Assembly (NCBI GenBank): GCA_015660855.1
Contig: JACSDG010000054.1
Coordinates: 1,981 to 65,980 of the forward strand
Source: Magnetococcales bacterium
Lineage (GTDB): Bacteria > Pseudomonadota > Magnetococcia > Magnetococcales > UBA8363
Length of the DNA: 64,000 bases
Direction: 5' to 3'
Shown: positions 39,733-51,547 of the stretch, in pieces
How the letters are laid out: each line of letters starts with the position of its first letter
How positions within the stretch are numbered: the stretch's first letter is position 1
Program-made: the position numbers and the translations under genes
Notes under the pieces: generated by a model
The model's input: only the letters and a program-made list of their open reading frames with translations
Databases searched by the model: none
Told to the model about the DNA's origin: nothing

Positions 39733-42700
39733 TTGTCTGAAACCGCTCTTGGTTCCCAAATCCTGCTGTCCCGACTGGCGCACCTGTCCGATCCGGACAG
39801 AAAAATAGTGCAATTGATGGCTATTGCCTACGATGTGATTCCCGCCTCCCTGGTTGTGGCTTGTCTGAAAAAATTGAACGTCAGAATGCTCAGCCGTACC
39901 TGGTTTTCTGTCCGGACTCTCCAATCCCATATCGATGCCTTGATCGCTTCGGAGTTGCTCAAGCGGGATCTGGATACGGGATTTCATTTTCGCATCGCCC
40001 CCGCCATTGCCGATGATGCGGTGCGTCTGGCGGTGGCGGATGGTGTGTGTCAGGACATGATGCAGGTGGTCGAAGCGGAATTGCCGTCGGTACTCCATTC
40101 CGGCTCCATGGGGGGGGAACCGCGCCTGTTGAATTTTGAACGTGCGGTGCGGGAAATTCGTCTGGGGTTGTTGACGGGCGACGAAGATCGGGTGTTTCGC
40201 TACCTGGGTTATGCCGCCAACCAAAGGTCAGAGGACTACCGGAAAAATCCCCCTTTGGTACGGCTGTGCGCCCATCCCTGGGATCTGGAACGCATGGAGG
40301 CTCTGCCCCTCGGAATCCAGGCCTGGGTTGTTGAGGAAACGCTTGAGTTGGCGTTGATCAATCTGGATCCGCTGGTGGATGTGGAGCAACTGCTCAAACG
40401 GCATCGCGACCAAAAGTGCGACAAGACCGGACCATGGTTACGCGCCCTTTACATGGTTGTCCTCCTGGTTGGGGGTCGGCAAAAGGAAGCCTCGGACCTG
40501 CTTTCCGGACCTAACCCCGTGGAAGCGGCAGCCGCTTTCAAGGGGTGGATCGACTTTTTACGGGGAAAAAACCGTCAGGCCATCACCGCCCTCGATAAAA
40601 CCATCGCCATCTTGGACGACTCCAGGTCGCTGCGCAAACAACGGGCTTTCCCTTATTATTGGTCCGGTTTGTTTTTGTTGCTGGGTTTATTGAAACAAGG
40701 GGGGGGAGAAGAGCGTCAGCACCTGTTGAATCTGGTGCAGCGTCTGGAGCGCAACCGAAACAATCCGTTGGCATCGGGATACCAGGCCTGCCGGGCGGTG
40801 GCTATTGCCAGGGGGGGTGATTCGGATCATGCCTTGTCAATTTTGGGCTATCGCTCCGGACTGAGCAACGACGGCCTCCCCTGGTTGCGTCAGGAAACAA
40901 ATCCCTTGTTGGTCGCCCGTGAGGGAGGGTGGAATCCGGGATTGCCCAAGGCGGTAAGACCTTCGGCTCTGGACGGATTGCCCGAAATGTTGCGGATGAT
41001 GGCCCTGTACTGGGTGGACCACGAGGTCGCTGCGATCGATGCTATCCGGGAACGTGTCCAGGGGATTCACCAAAAAGCCCTGTCCAATCATTATCCGTGG
41101 GTGGCCATGGAAAGCGCGGAGCTTCTGCACTGGTTGTCCGGAGACGAAAAATATCGACAAACGGTCAAAGAACTGGAACAACAGTTGGGTTTTGACTGCA
41201 TTACCCCCCAGATTCGCCGTGAGGAACGTTGGGAACAAACCTTGTCTGCCCTCATGAGCCTTGTGGGCGGAAAGGAGGATCCCCTTTCCCCCCCCGTGGA
41301 GGAAGGCAACAAACGCCTGGTTTGGTTGATCGAATCCCATGGCCATCGCGGTAACATTCAACCCAGGGAACAAACGCTTTCTGGCGCAGGAGAATGGAGT
41401 CGGGGCAAGGCGGTGTCCGCCAGGAGGCTCCACGGTTCCGAACCCCGGCAGTGGGGCTATCTCACCCCGCAGGATCTCAAGGTATGCGCCGCCATTCGTC
41501 AGGATTACATTTATCACGGTACCCGCTACGATTTTGATTGGGCCAGGGCCATGTTGGCCTTGGTCGGACATCCCCATGTCTATTGGTTGGACCAGCCCGG
41601 AGTTCATGTCGAGGTGGTGCGAGGGGAACCGGAACTGTTGGTTCACGAGCACAATGGCCGGGTGCGTATCCGCTTTGCCCAAAAAATCGAAGGGCCTGGG
41701 GTGATGGTGTTGCGGGAGGGGGAACAGCGTTGCCGGGTCATCGAAATTACCGGCGAACACCACAAGATTGCCGATATCCTTGGACCCGATGGTTTTAGCG
41801 GTCCCGATACCCAGAAGGCCCGGGTCATGGGGGTGGTTGCTCGTCTGGCAACGGTCGTCAACGTTCAGTCCACCGTGGATGCGGAGCTTAAAGGTGTGGA
41901 AGAAGTGGCGTCCGATGTAAAACCCAGGCTGCAATTGCTGCCTTTCGGTGAAGGGTTGTCGGTGCGCCTGATGGTTCGTCCCTTCTCGACCACCGGCCCC
42001 TGGTGCAAGCCTGGACGTGGGGGGGTGCTGATGTTTGCCGAGCGTGATGGCAAACGGGTGCAAACCCGTCGTGATTTTCAACGGGAGAAAAATCTGGCGG
42101 ACGAATTGGTGGCGTTGTGTCCTACCCTGGCGGGCAGGTCGGCGGATGATCGGGTTTGGAATCTGGGGGCGTTGGAAGATAGCCTGGAACTGCTGATGGA
42201 ACTCCAGGAGCTTGGAGACAAGGTTCTGGTCGAATGGCCCGAAGGGGAACGTTTCCGGGTTGCACACAAGGTGGCCATGAATCAGGTGCAACTTAAAATA
42301 CGCCGGGAACGCGATTGGTTTGCCGTCTCGGGGGCTGTGGAACTGGACGACGCCTTGGTGCTGGAAATGGGGCAATTATTAAAATTGGCCCGGGAAGGGG
42401 GGGGACGTTTTATTGCGTTGGGCAATGGTCAGTTTGCCGCCTTGACCGAGGCCTTTCGCCGGCGTTTGGCGGAAATGTTGGATATGGGGGAAGAAGGGGC
42501 GGGGGGGGGGTGGCGCATCCATGGGCTGACTGCGCCGTGGTTGCGGGAAGTTGCCGGGGAGAGTGGTCACGTTACAGGCGACAAGCATTGGAAGGAGCAG
42601 GTGGCCCGGTTGCAGAAAATGGAAGCGGACGATGCCGAGGTTCCATCAACCTTCAAGGCGGAACTCAGGGAGTACCAGATCGAAGGGTTTCGCTGGCTTC

Positions 42701-44009
42701 ACCGCCTGTCGGTTTGGGGGGTGGGGGGGTGTCTGGCCGATGATATGGGGTTGGGCAAAACCCTCCAGGCGATGGCCATTCTTCTCAGCCGTGCCGCCGA
42801 TGGCGTGGGGTTGGTGGTGGCCCCCACTTCGGTGTGTTCCAATTGGGAAGCGGAAATCAAACGTTTTGCCCCCACCCAAACCGCCAGGAGCAGGTTGCCG
42901 GACTCAAGAAGTTTGATGTTTTGGTGGCCAGTTATGCTTTGTTGCAAATCGAGGAGAAACTCCTGTCCAATGTTACCTGGAATACCATCATTCTGGATGA
43001 AGCCCAGGCCATCAAGAACAGGATGACCAAACGTTCCAAAGCGGCCATGTCGTTGAAGGGAAATTTTCGCGTCATCACCACCGGCACTCCCATTGAAAAT
43101 CATTTGGGTGAATTGTGGAATCTGTTTCGATTTATCAACCCCGGCCTGCTGGGATCGATGGAACGGTTCAATGAACGCTACGCCCTTCCCATCGAACGCT
43201 ACCAGGATCGGGAAGCCTCGCGGCGGTTGAAAATGGTTATTCGCCCGTTCATCCTCAGACGGACCAAAAATCAGGTTTTGAAAGAATTGCCGCCATTGAC
43301 CGAGATTGTGTTGCATGTCGAGATGGGATCTCAGGAGGCGGCTTTTTATGAATCGTTGCGTCAGCAGGCCATGGACAATCTGGAAGGGGGGGACGAAAAG
43401 GGGCATCTGGCGATTTTGGCGGAACTGATGAAGCTGCGCCGGGCCTGTTGTCACAGCCGTCTGGTACAACCCGATATTCATCTGCAAAGTGCCAAATTGG
43501 AAACCTTCAAGGAGGTTGCCCGCACCCTTTTGGAAAACCGGCATAAGGCATTGGTTTTCAGTCAGTTTGTCGATCATTTGACCATTCTGCGTGAATTTTT
43601 GACTGCGGAAAAAATTTCTTTTCAATATTTGGATGGTTCGACCCCGGTTCCCAAGCGCAAGGCCAGTATTGACGCTTTTCAAAAAGGGGAAGGTGATTTT
43701 TTTCTGATCAGCCTGAAAGCGGGCGGTGTCGGTCTCAACCTGACGGCGGCCGACTATGTCATTCACATGGACCCCTGGTGGAATCCGGCGGTGGAGGACC
43801 AGGCTTCCAACCGGGCGCACCGTTTTGGTCAGAAACGTCCGGTGACGGTCTATCGTTTGGTGACCCGGGGAACCATCGAGGAAAAAATTGTTGAATTGCA
43901 CGCCCAAAAACGTGATCTGGCCGACGATCTGCTGGAAGGGGGAGACATGAGCGGTCGGCTGAGTGCCGCTGAATTGTTGGGACTCATCAAGGTGCCTTTG
44001 AATGGATGA
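39733..44009 (+). pseudogene. Large SNF2/DEAH helicase, frameshifted near 42878
   Basis: LADDMGLGKT in ORF 39733-43026; LDEAQAIKN, TGTPIEN, FSQF, SLKAGGVGLN, QASNRAHRFGQ in ORF 42834-44009. Confidence 0.85.
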
Positions 44010-44049
44010 TGTTTTTCTTTTGATATGTGGTATGCTGAGGAGAGACTGT

Positions 44050-44330
44050 CAGTTCGGGGGTTTAAGGGGGGATCGTTTTCCTCGGTGGGGGGGAGGGGTA
44101 AATCCTTCAAAGTTTTGTCTTTTGCCCGAAGGGCATGAGGTTCACGTATCGGAAAAACAAAGTTTGGCAAAAACTTTTGCGGGGGTCCGGGGGGGATCAT
44201 CCCCCCCGGCAGAGGTTTGGAGGCAGCAGCCCACAAGGTTTTTCTTTTGACTTTGATTTTGATTTTACTGCCCCCCAAGGGGGGTCTAGGGGCGCAGCCC
44301 CAGGGTTTTGATTTTGTTTTTTTGCCTTCG
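44050..44330. repeat. Composite cluster of modular hairpin repeats between convergent genes
   Basis: Carries TGCCCGAAGGGCATG, GTTTGGCAAAAA, GGGGGATCATCCCCC, GTTTGGAGGCAG and GGGGTCTAGGGGCGCAGCCCCAGGG modules seen elsewhere. Confidence 0.8.
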
Positions 44331-44345
44331 GAACTTCGTGATCAT

Positions 44346-45791
44346 TCACGACAGCCCCCCCCCAAGGGCCTTGAACAAACCAACAGCGGCATTCAAACGC
44401 AACTGGCGCGTTTGCAATAAATCATCTTCCGCCTTGAGCAGGGTGCGCTGGGCGTCCAATACGGTCAAATAATCAACCGCACCCGCTTGGTGGCGAACCT
44501 TTGCCAAACGGAAAGACTCGTTGGCCATGGCCAGTGCCGTTTCCTGAGCCACCGCCTGGTCCTGCAACCAATGAACAGCAGCCAGACTGTCATCGACATC
44601 ACGCAACGCCGCCATGATCGTCTGCCGGTAAGCCGCCACCCAAGCCGACTGTTTGGCTTCGGCCACCTCGATAGCTCCCTGAGTCCGACCATTATCGAAG
44701 ATGGTTGCGGTCAAGGCGGCACCAAAGCTCCAAAGAATGCTTTCCGGTGTCAACAAATTTTTGATCGAATCGCTGGCATAACCGCGATCCCCCGTCAATT
44801 GAACGGTCGGAAACAATGCCGCACGGGCCACGCGAATGTCGGCGTTGGCCGCCTGCAAATTGGCCTCGGCACGACGAATATCCGGTCGCCGCTGCAACAG
44901 GTCGGAAGGCAAACCTGGCGCAATGGTCGGCAGGTTGATATCCGTCAACACTTCGGTAACCCGTTGCAGCTCCCCTTGCGGTTTGCCGGAAAACAACGTC
45001 AGGGCATTAAGTGCCTGAGCGTATTGCAATTCCAACGCCGCAACCTGGGCATCCAGGTTGGCGATGATGTTTTGTTGTTGCAAATTTTCCATAGGCAAAG
45101 CCTTGCCATACGTCACCTGTTGCCCCACCAATCGTTGAATTTGAAGTGCCGTCTCCCGATTTTCTTTGATTTTGTCGATTCGAGATTTTAAGGTTAAAAT
45201 TTTAAAGTAGGTGGTCGCCACATCGGCGGTCAACGTAAGAGCCACAATGTCCCGGTCAAAACCGCCGACATCCCGCATCGCCGCCGCAGACTCCTGGGTC
45301 GCCGCCTGGCGGCCCCAAAAATCAATTTCATAGCTGGCACTCAGATCGGCCCGCATCGACCTCTGGCTACCACTTCCCTCCGCAGAAACACGACTACTCG
45401 AACTTCTACCGGTATTGCTGCTGCCCTGGGCCACCTGATCGCTGGTTTTCAACTCCAGAGAGGGTAGGAAAGAAGCCCCGGCCATACGCAATTGGGCCTC
45501 GGCCTGAGTCAAACGCGCCACGGACGCCTTGAGATCATCGTTGTAGGACAGTGCCGTTTGTTGCAGATCATTCAAGGTCACACTGCCAAACTCCCGCCAC
45601 CAGGAGTCGGCAACACCATCGATTTTTAGGGTATCTGTCACTCGGGATACGCCCAATGCCCAACTTTGTGGCATGTTAACTTTTGGAACCGGGTCATCCT
45701 GCGTCCAACCGCACCCCGCCAACAGCAGCAACAGCATCGCCAGAAAAGATGGCCGCCAGATACTGAAACAGTAAAGAAAACGGCCCCTCAT
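44346..45791 (-). CDS. Efflux outer membrane factor lipoprotein (NodT/OprM family)
   Basis: Lipobox [37 protein letters not shown]. Confidence 0.92.
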   Translation of the reverse strand: MRGRFLYCFSIWRPSFLAMLLLLLAGCGWTQDDPVPKVNMPQSWALGVSRVTDTLKIDGVADSWWREFGSVTLNDLQQTALSYNDDLKASVARLTQAEAQLRMAGASFLPSLELKTSDQVAQGSSNTGRSSSSRVSAEGSGSQRSMRADLSASYEIDFWGRQAATQESAAAMRDVGGFDRDIVALTLTADVATTYFKILTLKSRIDKIKENRETALQIQRLVGQQVTYGKALPMENLQQQNIIANLDAQVAALELQYAQALNALTLFSGKPQGELQRVTEVLTDINLPTIAPGLPSDLLQRRPDIRRAEANLQAANADIRVARAALFPTVQLTGDRGYASDSIKNLLTPESILWSFGAALTATIFDNGRTQGAIEVAEAKQSAWVAAYRQTIMAALRDVDDSLAAVHWLQDQAVAQETALAMANESFRLAKVRHQAGAVDYLTVLDAQRTLLKAEDDLLQTRQLRLNAAVGLFKALGGGLS

Positions 45792-47743
45792 TTGGCCACC
45801 AGTGCGGTGACGGGGTCCAGGTTGGCTGCTTTGCGTGCGGGCATGTAACCAAACAACAGCCCGGTGGCAAAAGCAAAACCGAACGCCATGACCACGGGGG
45901 GGAAGGAAAGAAGCACGCTGACCCCCATCGCCTGGGCAATCATGGCTGTGAGCAAACCGCCCGCCACCCCCAGCAAACCTCCGATCAGACAAACAACCAG
46001 GGCTTCGATAAGAAACTGGGAAAGGATATGAACGGTTCGCGCCCCGGTAGCCATGCGAATACCAATTTCACGGGTGCGTTCGGTAACGCTGACCAACATG
46101 ATGTTCATCACCCCAATGCCCCCCACCACTAAGGAAATGGTGGCAATGGATCCCAATAAAAGGGTCATGGTGTTTTGGGTTTCCGTGGCGGTTTCCAGGA
46201 TGGAAGCCATGTTGCGCACCTGAAAGTCCACGGTACGGTGCCGTAAGGTCAGCAGGGTAGTTATGGCCTCCTGGGTCGCATCCATGGCGTTCACATCCGC
46301 GACCTCAACGTTGATGGAACGCAAAAAACGTCGTCCAAACAAGCGCAGGCTACCCGTTGAAAGCGGCACAAAAACGGTGTCGTCCATATCTGTCCCGAAG
46401 GGAGTGGCACCTTTATGAACCAGCGTACCAACCACCAGAAAGGGAACATTGTTGAGCAAAAGGTTGCGTCCGATCACATCGACACCCGACGCCGACAGAC
46501 TGTCCAATACCGTCTGTCCCAACACAACCACCGGGGCATAACTCCGAACATCATCGGATGAAAAAAAAATACCCGATTCCACAACCCAATCACGCGCCAA
46601 GGGAAAATCGGCGGAAGTGGCTGTTGCCGATGTCTGGATGTCGTGATTGCCCAGACGAACGGTGACCGTACCGGCCATTTCGGGAACCGAACGCAAAACG
46701 TTGGGCAGACGGGAAATTTCTTCGGCATCCTCCGGCATCAGGGTGGCCGCCAGACCACTCGCACGCATATTGGGAGATCCGGCACGCACCATCAGCAGGT
46801 TGCTTCCCATGGCCTGGATGCGGGTCATCACACTCTGTTTTGCCCCATCCCCCAGGGCCAACATGGCCACGACCGAGCCGACACCAATGATAATCCCCAG
46901 CAGGGTCAGCACGGTACGAAACACATGAATACGCAAGGAATGCAGAGCGATCCTTACCGTCTCGACCCAACCAATGGAGCGGCCCGGGGCCTCGTCGGCC
47001 AAGGTGGACGCAACCATGCCACCGGGTTTCACATCGGAGGTGGTGTCGGTATCGGCAACAATCGTCCCGTCCATGATGGTCACGATACGACGCGCCTCCC
47101 TGGCCACCATGGGATCGTGCGTAATAAGGATGATGGTATGCCCCTCGCGGTTAAGCCGGTGCAAAAGGGCCAAAATTTCCTGACCGCTGCGACTATCCAA
47201 GGCACCGGTGGGTTCATCCGCCAGGATGACCCGTCCACCGTTAATCAGGGCGCGGGCAATAGCCACCCGTTGTTGTTGTCCCCCCGACAATTGACCAGGA
47301 CGATGCCCCAGACGCTCCGCCAACCCCAAAGTGGTCAGGAGCGCGCAAGCACGGGCAAGACGTTCATTCCTGGGAATACCCGCGTACATGGCCGGCATTT
47401 CAACATTTTCCAGGGCGGTCGCGGTGGGCAACAGATTGTACTGCTGAAAAATAAATCCAAAAGTGCTGCATCGAAGCCTGGCCAAGGCATCCTTGTCGAG
47501 CAGGGAAATATCACGACCAGCAAACAAAAAACGTCCCGAGGTTGGACGATCCAGACAGCCGATCAGATTCATCAAGGTTGACTTGCCCGACCCGGAAGCA
47601 CCCATGATGGCAATAAATTCGCCGTTGTTTATCCTCAAGGAAAGGCCATGCAACACCTCCACGGCCAACGACCCGGAAAAATAGGTTTTGGTCACTTTTT
47701 CCAGAACGATCATCGGCAGGCTTTCGACGATTGCAACAGTCAT
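45788..47743 (-). CDS. macB: MacB-type ABC transporter (ATPase-permease fusion)
   Basis: [49 protein letters not shown]. Confidence 0.95.
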   Translation of the reverse strand: MTVAIVESLPMIVLEKVTKTYFSGSLAVEVLHGLSLRINNGEFIAIMGASGSGKSTLMNLIGCLDRPTSGRFLFAGRDISLLDKDALARLRCSTFGFIFQQYNLLPTATALENVEMPAMYAGIPRNERLARACALLTTLGLAERLGHRPGQLSGGQQQRVAIARALINGGRVILADEPTGALDSRSGQEILALLHRLNREGHTIILITHDPMVAREARRIVTIMDGTIVADTDTTSDVKPGGMVASTLADEAPGRSIGWVETVRIALHSLRIHVFRTVLTLLGIIIGVGSVVAMLALGDGAKQSVMTRIQAMGSNLLMVRAGSPNMRASGLAATLMPEDAEEISRLPNVLRSVPEMAGTVTVRLGNHDIQTSATATSADFPLARDWVVESGIFFSSDDVRSYAPVVVLGQTVLDSLSASGVDVIGRNLLLNNVPFLVVGTLVHKGATPFGTDMDDTVFVPLSTGSLRLFGRRFLRSINVEVADVNAMDATQEAITTLLTLRHRTVDFQVRNMASILETATETQNTMTLLLGSIATISLVVGGIGVMNIMLVSVTERTREIGIRMATGARTVHILSQFLIEALVVCLIGGLLGVAGGLLTAMIAQAMGVSVLLSFPPVVMAFGFAFATGLLFGYMPARKAANLDPVTALVAK

Positions 47744-49020
47744 GGCCGTGATCTGCCACCACCAGGAGAATGTCCGCCTCCCAAAAAAGAACTGCCACCC
47801 ATCATGGATCCCGCAGAGGGTTTACTGACGACCGGATTGGCAATCACCACCTCCTCTCCCGTCTCAAGGCCGGAGATGATCTGTACCTGCAAGCGGTTTT
47901 TAATCCCCACGACGACGCTACGTGTCTCCAGCCTGTCATCACGCACAACGCGCACCGTGGCATCGTTGTTTTTTATCTTGTCATGCCGCCGGGACGCCTG
48001 CCCATCCTTAACCTGGTCACGTTTTCCACCACGTTTTTCCTTGTCTGCCCCACCCAGAGCGGCAATGGGGACGAAGACGACATCCTTGGCAGCGGCATGG
48101 ACAAAAGAGACCTGGGCGGACATTTGAATGCCGAGACTTCCGTCCGGATTGTCCACGTCAAACAGGGCATTATAGAGGATCACATTGTTGATCACCTCGG
48201 GGGTAGGCAAAATTTGTCGCAAACTTCCATAATGGCGATGTTCTGGGCGACCAAGGGTGGTGAAGTAGGCCTCCATGCCAAGCTTTAGGCGTCCAATATC
48301 GGCTTCGGAAACCTGGGTCCAGACCGTCATGGTGTTCAGATCGGCGATCCTGAGCAGGATCGGGGCTTGCTGATTGGCGTTGAGGGTTTGACCCTGACGC
48401 GCCGACAAGGCCACGATGGTGCCCCGCATAGGGGCCAAAATGCGCGTGTATCCGAGGTTGGCCTCATCTGCGCGAAGGGTCGATTGCACCTGACGCATCT
48501 GCGCCGTCAGTTGCACCATCTGCGCTTGCGTTATTTTCAATTGGAATTGGGCGTTTTGATAAGCGTCCTGGCTGGTCGCATTGGCATCCAACATTTTTTG
48601 CTGCCGTTCATATTGAATCCTGGCCAGATCGTGTTGCGCCTGTTTCTCCGCCAATTGGGCCTGGAGTCCCCGCAGCTGCGCCTGGGCCGCCTCCACCCGT
48701 GCCGCGTAAAGGGTGGCATCGATCTCGGCCAACATGTCACCTTCCTCGACGGTGGAGCCAAGGGATACATGAATTTTGCGCAACTGACCCGAAACCTGGG
48801 TGCCAACGTCAACATAATTCAAAGGTTGCAGCATACCCAGGGCCGTCGTGGTTTCCTCGATGTCACCGCGAATCACCTTGGCCGTCACCCAACGACGGGC
48901 ATCCACGTTTTCATTCTGCCATCGATAATACCCATAGCCAGCTGACAGTAATAAAACAAAAATGCCGAGGCCAGTGAGTTTTTTCCATAGCACGGATCGG
49001 TATATCCAACTCATAAACAT
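47740..49020 (-). CDS. macA: MacA-type periplasmic adaptor
   Basis: N-terminal [37 protein letters not shown]. Confidence 0.93.
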   Translation of the reverse strand: MFMSWIYRSVLWKKLTGLGIFVLLLSAGYGYYRWQNENVDARRWVTAKVIRGDIEETTTALGMLQPLNYVDVGTQVSGQLRKIHVSLGSTVEEGDMLAEIDATLYAARVEAAQAQLRGLQAQLAEKQAQHDLARIQYERQQKMLDANATSQDAYQNAQFQLKITQAQMVQLTAQMRQVQSTLRADEANLGYTRILAPMRGTIVALSARQGQTLNANQQAPILLRIADLNTMTVWTQVSEADIGRLKLGMEAYFTTLGRPEHRHYGSLRQILPTPEVINNVILYNALFDVDNPDGSLGIQMSAQVSFVHAAAKDVVFVPIAALGGADKEKRGGKRDQVKDGQASRRHDKIKNNDATVRVVRDDRLETRSVVVGIKNRLQVQIISGLETGEEVVIANPVVSKPSAGSMMGGSSFLGGGHSPGGGRSRP

Positions 49021-49185
49021 TGCGCCCTTCGGGCAAGAACCAAAACAACAGATCCTTGCTATCGAGTTTTAACCTTAAAGTCAAGAGGGGGGACCGAATG
49101 ATGACGCTTTGACTTTGTTTTCTTGCCAAAAGAGTATAATGTTTGGAAAAAATTCGGTTGATAATGGAAGCACAGGAGCCATTGC

Positions 49186-51396
49186 GTGCAAAAACCCTTG
49201 ACGTGGATCGGCGATGCCTGGGGCGGCATGGCAGCCATGCTGGTGGCCCTGCCATCGGCCATTGCCTATGGAGTTGCCGCCTTTACCCCTCTGGGGCCGA
49301 CCTATCTGCCCATGGGGGCCATGGCCGGTGTCATGGGAGTGGTCGCTCTGGGATTGACTACCCCAGGGATTGGTGGCTGCCCCCGCCTGATCACCGCCCC
49401 TTGCGCCCCGGCGGCGGCAGTCCTTTCCGCCCTGGCGATGGAACGCTTTGCCAGCGGTACCTACACCCCCGACCAAGTTCTCATTTTTCTCACCATGGTG
49501 GCCCTTGTCGCCGCCTTTCTGCAAATGCTCTACGGTGGCATTGGCGGGGGCCGGATCATCAAGTTCATCCCCTACCCCGTCGTCACCGGCTACCTGAGCG
49601 GTGTGGGTCTCCTCATTTTCCTCAGTCAGGTTCCCAAACTCCTGGGATTTCCGCCTGATGTCACCCTGTGGCAAGGATTTCATCATCCCGAACTGTGGCA
49701 GAAAACCGGCATTCTGACAGGCCTGGTCACCATCGCCGGGATGGTCGTATCTCCCTGGATTACCCGTAAACTGCCCGCGCCCGTCTTCGGCCTGGTGATG
49801 GGAATGGGAGCCTACTTTCTCTCCGGCCTTCACGATCCAAAACTGCTGCACCTGGCCGATAATCCCCTCCTCATCGGTGCCATTCATGTCGATTTTTCTA
49901 CCCTGGGTCAGGGGTTCCAAAGCCGGTGGCAGGCACTGGAACAGTTGCGTATGGGCGATCTTTTCGCCCTGTTGGTTCCAGCCATCACCCTGTCGGCACT
50001 CCTTTCGGTAGATACTTTAAAAACTTGTGTTGTTGTTGATGCCCTGACCCGTTCCCGTCACAACTCCAACCGCGAACTTGTAGCCCAGGGAACGGGAAAC
50101 CTCCTCTCCACGCTCCTGGGTGGAATGCCGGGCGCAGGCACCATGGGAGCCACCCTGGTCAGCATCAACAGCGGCGGTCACAGCCGCCTGGCCGGCATCC
50201 TGGAAGGGGCTTTTTCCCTCGTGGTACTCCTCTTCTTCAGTTCCCTCCTCGGCTGGGTTCCCATCGCCGCCCTGGCTGGCATCCTCATCGTCGTCGCCTA
50301 CAGAATGGTCGATTGGCACAGCTTGGTCCTGCTCAAGCGTCGCCAAACCATCCTCGATTTTTTGGTTATCGCCACCGTCGTCATCGTCGCCGTCGCCTTC
50401 AACCTTATCGCCGCCGCCGGAGCCGGAGTGGCTCTCGCCGTCGTGCTCTTCCTGCGCGATCAAGTCAAAACCTCGGTGATCCGCCGTAAATTGAGTGGTG
50501 GTCAATATTCGTCCAAACGTCAACGCTTGCCCAACGAACGCAAAATACTCGAAGAGAACAACAAGAGTGTGGTCATCTGCGAATTGCAGGGAAACCTGTT
50601 CTTCGGCACCACCGATCAATTGTTCACTCGCCTTGAACCGGAACTGCGAACCTGCCGCTTCCTGGTGCTCGATATGAGCCGAATCCAAACCATCGATTTT
50701 ACCGCTGCACACATGCTCAGTCAGATCGAATCCATGTTGTCCGAAAATGGCTCCCACTTGGTACTGACCGAACCCTCCCCCGCCATGGCCACCGGTAACG
50801 ACCCCAGACTCCATCTGGCCAACCTGGGTCTCATACCCTCGGACCACCTTAAAATTTTTTCCGATATAAGCGAAGCCATCGAATGGGTGGAAGATTGTAT
50901 CCTCATCGGCGACCCTCGCACCAGCACGACCGAGGAATGGCCATTGGATATCTCTGGTTTTCCCCTTTTCCAGGGTTTGGAAGAGGAAGTCATGGATGGC
51001 GTACTTGAACTCCTGGCCAAAGTAGTGGAAACACGAAGTTTTCAGGCGGGTGAAACCTTGTTTAAACGTGGCGATGATGGTGATGAAATGTATTTCATCC
51101 GCAAGGGAGGCATACGCATTGTCCTGCCAATCCAGGACGGCAAGGAACACACCTTAGCGGTGTTTGGCCGTGGCAGCTTTCTGGGGGATATGGCTTTCAT
51201 CGATCGGGCACCCCGATCCTCCGACGCCGTAACGATCATGAATACCGAGGTCTATATCCTGTCGCGACAATTGTTCGACCAAGTCAGCCGGGATTACCCT
51301 GAAATGGCCAAAAACGTGTTCATCCGTCTGTGCAAAGTGTTGACTTTGCGTCTTCGTTTTGCCGATTCCGAAATCATGGCCCTCAAAGAATCCTGA
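49186..51396 (+). CDS. SulP/SLC26 anion permease with STAS and cNMP-binding domains
   Basis: ALPSAIAYG, IKFIPYPVVTGY, NRELVAQG, LQGNLFFGT (STAS), GDEMYFI...FLGDMAFIDRAPRS (cNMP). Confidence 0.92.
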   Translation: MQKPLTWIGDAWGGMAAMLVALPSAIAYGVAAFTPLGPTYLPMGAMAGVMGVVALGLTTPGIGGCPRLITAPCAPAAAVLSALAMERFASGTYTPDQVLIFLTMVALVAAFLQMLYGGIGGGRIIKFIPYPVVTGYLSGVGLLIFLSQVPKLLGFPPDVTLWQGFHHPELWQKTGILTGLVTIAGMVVSPWITRKLPAPVFGLVMGMGAYFLSGLHDPKLLHLADNPLLIGAIHVDFSTLGQGFQSRWQALEQLRMGDLFALLVPAITLSALLSVDTLKTCVVVDALTRSRHNSNRELVAQGTGNLLSTLLGGMPGAGTMGATLVSINSGGHSRLAGILEGAFSLVVLLFFSSLLGWVPIAALAGILIVVAYRMVDWHSLVLLKRRQTILDFLVIATVVIVAVAFNLIAAAGAGVALAVVLFLRDQVKTSVIRRKLSGGQYSSKRQRLPNERKILEENNKSVVICELQGNLFFGTTDQLFTRLEPELRTCRFLVLDMSRIQTIDFTAAHMLSQIESMLSENGSHLVLTEPSPAMATGNDPRLHLANLGLIPSDHLKIFSDISEAIEWVEDCILIGDPRTSTTEEWPLDISGFPLFQGLEEEVMDGVLELLAKVVETRSFQAGETLFKRGDDGDEMYFIRKGGIRIVLPIQDGKEHTLAVFGRGSFLGDMAFIDRAPRSSDAVTIMNTEVYILSRQLFDQVSRDYPEMAKNVFIRLCKVLTLRLRFADSEIMALKES

Positions 51397-51547
51397 CCCG
51401 GCCCAATAACGATGACATCGTGAATAAATTATTTTTCCGATACCTTCAAAAAAAATCCACCGAAACAAGATCTCCCTATATTTCACCACACAACGATGCT
51501 AGATTCGCGCCGTCGCTTGACCTTCCATCCAATGCCGGAGACAATTC

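Noticed and set aside
44346-49020. ABC-MFP-OMF trio as the type I secretion system for the giant RTX protein
   Set aside because: The ABC protein has MacB topology, not HlyB/PrtD type.
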